A stretch of 49,144 nucleotides of DNA. Source: an uncultured Methanomicrobiales archaeon. Lineage in GTDB: Archaea > Halobacteriota > Methanomicrobia > Methanomicrobiales > Methanospirillaceae. Numbering within the stretch: the first letter of the stretch is position 1; every line of letters starts with the position of its first letter. The stretch covers positions 1 to 49,144 of the forward strand of contig CAVWXH010000012.1 in NCBI GenBank assembly GCA_963758915.1, read 5' to 3'. The notes below the pieces were generated by a model. That model was not told the origin of the DNA. It ran no database searches and was given only the letters and a program-made list of their open reading frames with translations. Positions 44,270 to 49,144 of this stretch are shown in pieces. The translations under genes and the position numbers were made by a program.

Positions 44270-47200
44270 TCATATCAACAGCGGGATGTTATAATAGAGT
44301 GTTATGACATCCATGTAGTTCACTACGCCGTTGTGATCGAAGTCGAAGAATGGCTGGTACTCATTCGTATCGTCCGTAATGGGCCCGTAGTTGTTTGTTA
44401 CCCACCAGAGATAGGTGAAGAAGTCGATGACATCGTAGTAGTTGTATATGTGGTCACCGTTTACGTCTTCATAGAGACCGTCCCCGTTTGGATCTGTTGG
44501 TATAAATGGTGCGGGTGGTACGATCGAACCAGGTAATGGTTGTAACCGCTCGACATACACCGTCAGGTTAGTATCCGGTGGGCATAGCGTGATATTATGC
44601 CCAGCATCATCGGTCATCATGTTGGTGGAATTAATGTGAAGGGTACTGTTCCCGATCTGGTTTCCATGGATGGTGATATTTGCCAGCCTTACATCCAGGG
44701 CACCTGGGAGGATCGCCAGGTTAATGTCTGCACCCTGGAAGGTCACGTTGTAACCATCACCGAGCGGGTAGAGGACATTAGATACCTGGAAGATATCGAC
44801 ATTCTGCGGTATCCATTCCGGCCTGCTTACATTTGTGATGTTGGCAACAGTGGTATTGGGGACCCATGGGAGTGGCGGGGTTGTGTTCCTGAAACTTAGC
44901 GTGAGGTTATACCCGGAAAGTCCCTGCGGTGTTGCAGCGAGGTACAGGCTCACTCTTCCTGTCCCATTCTGGGGTATATGAATATCGTTGATACCGGTGG
45001 TACTGTTCAACATGGTGAATTTCGGGCTTGCCGATGTTGGGACATAAATCACCTGCGAGGTTGAGCTAGTTCCCAACGTGTTCGATATCGTCAGGGTAAC
45101 AGTGAAAGTGCCTCCATTTGAATACGAATGGACAGGGTTTGGTGCCGTTGAATTCGCGGTACCATCACCGAAATTCCACTGCCAGGATGTCGGGCCTCCG
45201 GTGGAAGTATCCGTGAAAGTCACGGGTATCGGCAGGCAGCCCCATGGCGAGGGGATACTGTAGGTAAAGTTTGCTACTGGGGATGCCGGTGTAGGCACGT
45301 TGTTGATATGCGTGACGAACCCTTCAACCCAGCCACTGTAGTGGTTCCCGTTATACTTGTTTGTTACCTTGAATGAATTTACACCAGGGTAATTCGTCGA
45401 TGTCGGGAAGTCGTAGGATGTTGTAAACCCTGTAATAAAGATATTATTTGCATCGCTGACCGCGATACCTGTACCGGTATCATCGAGATTCCCACCGAGG
45501 AAGGTGGACATATTAATGTTCGTTAAGTTCGAGTTTATTTCTGTAATGAATGCGTCCTGGAACGGATGTTTCACACCAAATCCAGGTACCGGGTTGACTA
45601 TCGGGAAATCGCTTGAACTGGTATATCCCGTGATATAGATATTCCTGAGGCTGTCCAGTGCAATACTGTTCCCGCCATCGTTATTCGTTCCTCCCATGTA
45701 GGTAGACCAATTCAGCTGGCCGTCAGGTTCCAGTTTTGTAATGAATGCATCACCGAACTGGCTGGTGCCAAAATTCGGTTCATCGAACGGTTCGAACGGG
45801 TTCTGGATCGGGAACGTATTAGAGTACGTTACACCGGTGACATGGGCGTATTCACTGCCGCCTACGTTTGCGACTGCAATTCCCCGGCATTCATCATTGC
45901 TTTCCCCACCAAGATAGGTGGAATAGGCAATAGTTGGCGTCGGAGCTGTCACCCAGCTGAACTTAGAAACAAACCCATCTTTTCCACCGGAATTTGCTGT
46001 CCAATATGCAGCTGGCGTAGTAGTGAAGTTGGTCGATTGGGTCCAGCCAGTTACATAAAACGTATTAACATCAATAGTTGCTATTCCAGTTCCCTGGTCA
46101 TTATCACTGCCGCCCCAGAAAGAGGAATAAAAGGCAGGCAGGGCGGTTCCCATCTCATAATAAACGATAAATGCATCGCTTGCAGATGTTGGCGCACCCT
46201 GGTTAAGCAATCCTAGCGGGACCGGGTTGTTAAGCGGGAAATCAGGTGAGTTCGTGTACCCGGTTACATATACGTAACGCAGGTTATTCGGACTCTTGTC
46301 GATAGCGATCGAGGTCCCTACATCGGTAAGGTTCCCACCAATACATGTTGAATAGGGAAGTGACAGGCCATCCGGGGGTATAGCCGAAATAAAGGCATCA
46401 GCCTGGCCAAGGCATCCCGGGAACGGGCACGGGTAAGGTGTTGTTGAATTGCTGTTTTTCGGGGTACCGGTCGGATCAACCGGGAAGTTGAGGGAGGTCG
46501 TATAACCAGTAACAAATGCCCATCCTGTAGAATTCACCGCTATTCCATTTCCGGCATCGGAGTTATTACCACCAAGATAGGTCGAATAGAGAAGATATTT
46601 CCCGTTTGCGCTGACTTTTGTAACGAACACATCAGAACAGCCATTGGAGGTCACGTTAAAGGAATGATTAACAGGGAAATTCGTTGATGCCGTGTACCCT
46701 GTAACATACGCCTGACCAAGGCTGTCGACGTCAATACCATAGGCGGCATCATTGACAGATCCACCAAGGTAGCTCGAGTAGAGAAGTGCCGGGTCAATTA
46801 CAAGGGGATAGGTCGTGTCATACGCCCCGAAATTAAACCCTGCTTTGCCATTGCCAAGGATATTATACCGGGCCGGGACATTGACCGCAACCCCGTTGAT
46901 GACCTGGTAACAGACCGGTGCGGTCTCAGTCAGGACACCGGAGGGCGTCTGGACTTCAAGGGTGCCATCCGGGCCGTATGCAAGTCCGTCAATGTTGTCA
47001 TATACAATGACAATGCCTGATGCATCTGCACCCGGGGCAACGACAAATTCACGCTTGAGGACACCGTTTGTGCCACGGTACGTCAGGTCAACACCAGGAA
47101 GGACGTTTTTGTATTCCACGCCTCCATATGTCGCGAGTCCGCTCTGCCAGTTTGCGGGATCATTTCCGATGAAGAAACTGGCGGTACCGGGAAGCGGGTC

Positions 47201-47515
47201 GACACCCACGACTGTCGCAGCAGGATTTGCCCCTGCAACCGTTGTTGAGAATACTGCCGGTGCCCCGTCGTTGTCAGCAACAAGGACCACATCGTTATTC
47301 GTGAAGAAAATCGTGTGGCCTTCGGCTTTAGCCTGGTAAAGGACTGCCGGGTCTGCCTGGCCCTGGTTCGGGATGAAACTGAGCGGCAGTTTTGAAAATT
47401 CTGCACGGACTGCAGCCGCCCCGCCTGCACTTTGTTCACTCGCACAAGCCGTCCCGGAAAGGACAAGCAGGATAACGAGCATGAAAAGAATCACTTTTAC
47501 TGAATCGAATCTCAT
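44270..47515 (-). CDS. Large secreted surface protein: N-terminal beta domain, SBBP beta-propeller repeats, PKD, cohesin-like and C-terminal dockerin-like domains
   Basis: LSFIPNQGQ...PLVIDP; repeated YSTYLGG..D.G.GIAVD..G.AYVTG.T.S.NFP; FTDTSTGGPTSWQWNFGDG; GLSGYNLTLS...GA.DVRLANITI; DPNGDGLYEDVNGD...DV and DFDHNGVVNYMDV. Confidence 0.88.
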   Translation of the reverse strand: MRFDSVKVILFMLVILLVLSGTACASEQSAGGAAAVRAEFSKLPLSFIPNQGQADPAVLYQAKAEGHTIFFTNNDVVLVADNDGAPAVFSTTVAGANPAATVVGVDPLPGTASFFIGNDPANWQSGLATYGGVEYKNVLPGVDLTYRGTNGVLKREFVVAPGADASGIVIVYDNIDGLAYGPDGTLEVQTPSGVLTETAPVCYQVINGVAVNVPARYNILGNGKAGFNFGAYDTTYPLVIDPALLYSSYLGGSVNDAAYGIDVDSLGQAYVTGYTASTNFPVNHSFNVTSNGCSDVFVTKVSANGKYLLYSTYLGGNNSDAGNGIAVNSTGWAFVTGYTTSLNFPVDPTGTPKNSNSTTPYPCPFPGCLGQADAFISAIPPDGLSLPYSTCIGGNLTDVGTSIAIDKSPNNLRYVYVTGYTNSPDFPLNNPVPLGLLNQGAPTSASDAFIVYYEMGTALPAFYSSFWGGSDNDQGTGIATIDVNTFYVTGWTQSTNFTTTPAAYWTANSGGKDGFVSKFSWVTAPTPTIAYSTYLGGESNDECRGIAVANVGGSEYAHVTGVTYSNTFPIQNPFEPFDEPNFGTSQFGDAFITKLEPDGQLNWSTYMGGTNNDGGNSIALDSLRNIYITGYTSSSDFPIVNPVPGFGVKHPFQDAFITEINSNLTNINMSTFLGGNLDDTGTGIAVSDANNIFITGFTTSYDFPTSTNYPGVNSFKVTNKYNGNHYSGWVEGFVTHINNVPTPASPVANFTYSIPSPWGCLPIPVTFTDTSTGGPTSWQWNFGDGTANSTAPNPVHSYSNGGTFTVTLTISNTLGTSSTSQVIYVPTSASPKFTMLNSTTGINDIHIPQNGTGRVSLYLAATPQGLSGYNLTLSFRNTTPPLPWVPNTTVANITNVSRPEWIPQNVDIFQVSNVLYPLGDGYNVTFQGADINLAILPGALDVRLANITIHGNQIGNSTLHINSTNMMTDDAGHNITLCPPDTNLTVYVERLQPLPGSIVPPAPFIPTDPNGDGLYEDVNGDHIYNYYDVIDFFTYLWWVTNNYGPITDDTNEYQPFFDFDHNGVVNYMDVITLYYNIPLLI

Positions 47516-47747
47516 GAGATCATCTCCACCGGCAACAGGCGTCGTTCTGTGCCGGTCACATTCAAATGCCCCACATCCCTGTACCCGGGACAAACCGGTA
47601 CGGTCCATACCATCGTATGGCCGAAGATGAAGTTGTCCTGTACGCGATAGGATGGTGCCACCATTGATACACTCTACCCCGGATCATCAGGAAAGGGGTA
47701 ATTTCCCTGATAACCCTAAGAATGATAAAAAGGTCATCTTTTTATAG

Positions 47748-47766
47748 TTATATATATCTTTCTCTC
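47748..47766 (-). promoter_or_regulatory. Putative BRE/TATA promoter of the cohesin-dockerin gene pair
   Basis: Minus strand reads gagagaaag-ATATATATAA about 230 nt upstream of ATG 47515. Confidence 0.45.
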
Positions 47767-48048
47767 AAAACCGCTTTTTCTTCATCCAATTATTGATTCA
47801 CCCCCCAATTCCGTGAATAAGATCACGGTGCTGCAGGGTTACCCGGTCTTTTTTTTCCGGGCGCGCTAATCCATGGAAAAATGGACCCGGAATCTGTTTT
47901 GCGGAAAATACGGGGAAAACCGAAGATTATCGTTGAGAAAAAAGCCGTGGATCCCGGAGATACGTACCTCCACGGTACACAAATTGATACCCCGGAATGA
48001 GGAATTTTTTGATTTATTGGACCCCTGCGTAGGGGTCATACCGGATTG

Positions 48049-49144
48049 TTATTTTTCAATGGGTGCAATATCGACCAGACGAACCGGCACAACCCGTTTC
48101 AGGGAGATCAGGGTATCCGAACTGACTTCTTCTGCGGTGAATGTTACATAGAGGCCGTTATGTTTGTAAGCCCTGTCAGACTCGGCGGGTATGTACTGTG
48201 TCCCGTCATCCCCGAAAATACCATACGTCCCACCGTCCTGTGCACCGCTGATCCACCTGATGTGTCCTGTCATGACGATCCGTGGCAGATCGGGTTCACC
48301 GGTAGCGACGATTGTGATAAGTCGCACCGGAGTACCCCACATTGAGACCGTTGAGACACTGGCAGGGTATGCAGAGAAATTCACCCGCTGGCCGTCTACC
48401 CTGAAGGTGTCATTAAGGCAGGTGGGGAGGTACTGGCTGCCATTGTCTGCAATGATACCATAGAAACCGCCTTCAAGGTCTTCGTAATGGATTGTCCCGT
48501 TACCATCGATCCTTTGTTCGATCACACGCCCAACCTGTACAAGTTCCAACAGATCTACCGGGGTACCCCAGTTATGGGGGTCCTCGCGGTCATGCCGTTC
48601 CAGCACAAGATAGGTCACCCGTAAGCCGTCAACCTGGAACAGCGGGTCTATTTTGCCCGGAACATACAGTGAGCCTTCATCACTTACAATCCCGAAAAAA
48701 CCACCGCCGGTAGTTATCATGGAGATAGTCCCGTTGCCCCGGGAGACCTTATTTGGCCCGGGGACTTTGGTCGGTGCTGTTGTCGCTATTGTTGTCGGTA
48801 CTGTCGTTGGGACTTTGGTCGGTACTGTTGTCGCTATTGTTGTCGGTCTCGTCGTTGGGACTTTGGTCGGTGCTGTTGTCGCTATTGTTGTCGGTACTGT
48901 CGTTGGGACTTTGGTCGGTACTGTTGTAACTATTGTTGTCGGTCCTGTCGTTGGGACTTTGGTCGGTGCTGTTGTTGCTATTGTTGTCGGTACTGTCGTT
49001 GGGACTTTGGTCGGTACTGTTGTAACTATTGTTGTCGGTACCGTCGTTGGGAGTTTGGTCGGTGCTGTTGTCGCTATTGTTGTCGGTACTGTCGTTGGGA
49101 CTTTGGTCGGTGCTGTTGTCGCTATTGTTGTCGGTACCGTCGTT
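48049..49144 (-). CDS. Probable surface protein (5' end outside window): Thr/Pro-rich repeats followed by three repeated ~70-aa beta domains
   Basis: Frame open from 49143 to stop 48049; repeats GTISMITTGGGFFGIVSDEG..Y.P, GTIHYEDLEGGFYGIIADNG..YLP, GHIRWI..DGGTYGIFGDDG..YIP. Confidence 0.8.
   Translation of the reverse strand, partial: TTVPTTIATTAPTKVPTTVPTTIATTAPTKLPTTVPTTIVTTVPTKVPTTVPTTIATTAPTKVPTTGPTTIVTTVPTKVPTTVPTTIATTAPTKVPTTRPTTIATTVPTKVPTTVPTTIATTAPTKVPGPNKVSRGNGTISMITTGGGFFGIVSDEGSLYVPGKIDPLFQVDGLRVTYLVLERHDREDPHNWGTPVDLLELVQVGRVIEQRIDGNGTIHYEDLEGGFYGIIADNGSQYLPTCLNDTFRVDGQRVNFSAYPASVSTVSMWGTPVRLITIVATGEPDLPRIVMTGHIRWISGAQDGGTYGIFGDDGTQYIPAESDRAYKHNGLYVTFTAEEVSSDTLISLKRVVPVRLVDIAPIEK
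48760..49144 (-). repeat. Coding tandem repeat, about 8 x 48 bp (TTVPTTIATTAPTKVP)
   Basis: Recurring gggactttggtcggt(g/a)ctgttgtcgctattgttgtcggtactgtcgtt on the + strand, running off the window edge. Confidence 0.92.

Noticed and set aside
48760-49144. CRISPR-like array
   Set aside because: Coding 48-bp tandem repeat without spacers

Overview
Archaeal chromosome segment, most consistent with a Methanomicrobiales methanogen (inferred from gene content and protein style, not a database search). At least 12 genes are split by single-base indels, including housekeeping rnj and hypF, so the breaks are most likely read/assembly errors and the genes are annotated as reconstructed. Left to right: an NlpC/P60-like lipoprotein; an orphan TupA+WtpA double solute-binding protein with altered ligand residues; three stand-alone receiver proteins (one non-phosphorylatable); a CapA-family protein; two tandem paralogous giant beta-helix surface proteins with Gly-rich inserts and a shared, possibly switchable, structured 5' leader; apgM and small genes; a hairpin-rich 1.5 kb intergenic region; rnj; a probable osmoadaptation operon (divergent KamA paralog-ablA-ablB-mscS-PEGA protein) beside USP and two cation/H+ antiporters; helicase, two wHTH proteins, hypF; and a cohesin/dockerin surface-protein cluster with Thr-rich tandem repeats. 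Best candidates for new biology: the KamA paralog with an acidic-substrate signature (candidate beta-glutamate enzyme), the cohesin-dockerin pair, the duplicated leader switch and the degenerate TupA-WtpA fusion. No rRNA, tRNA, CRISPR array or transposase was found.
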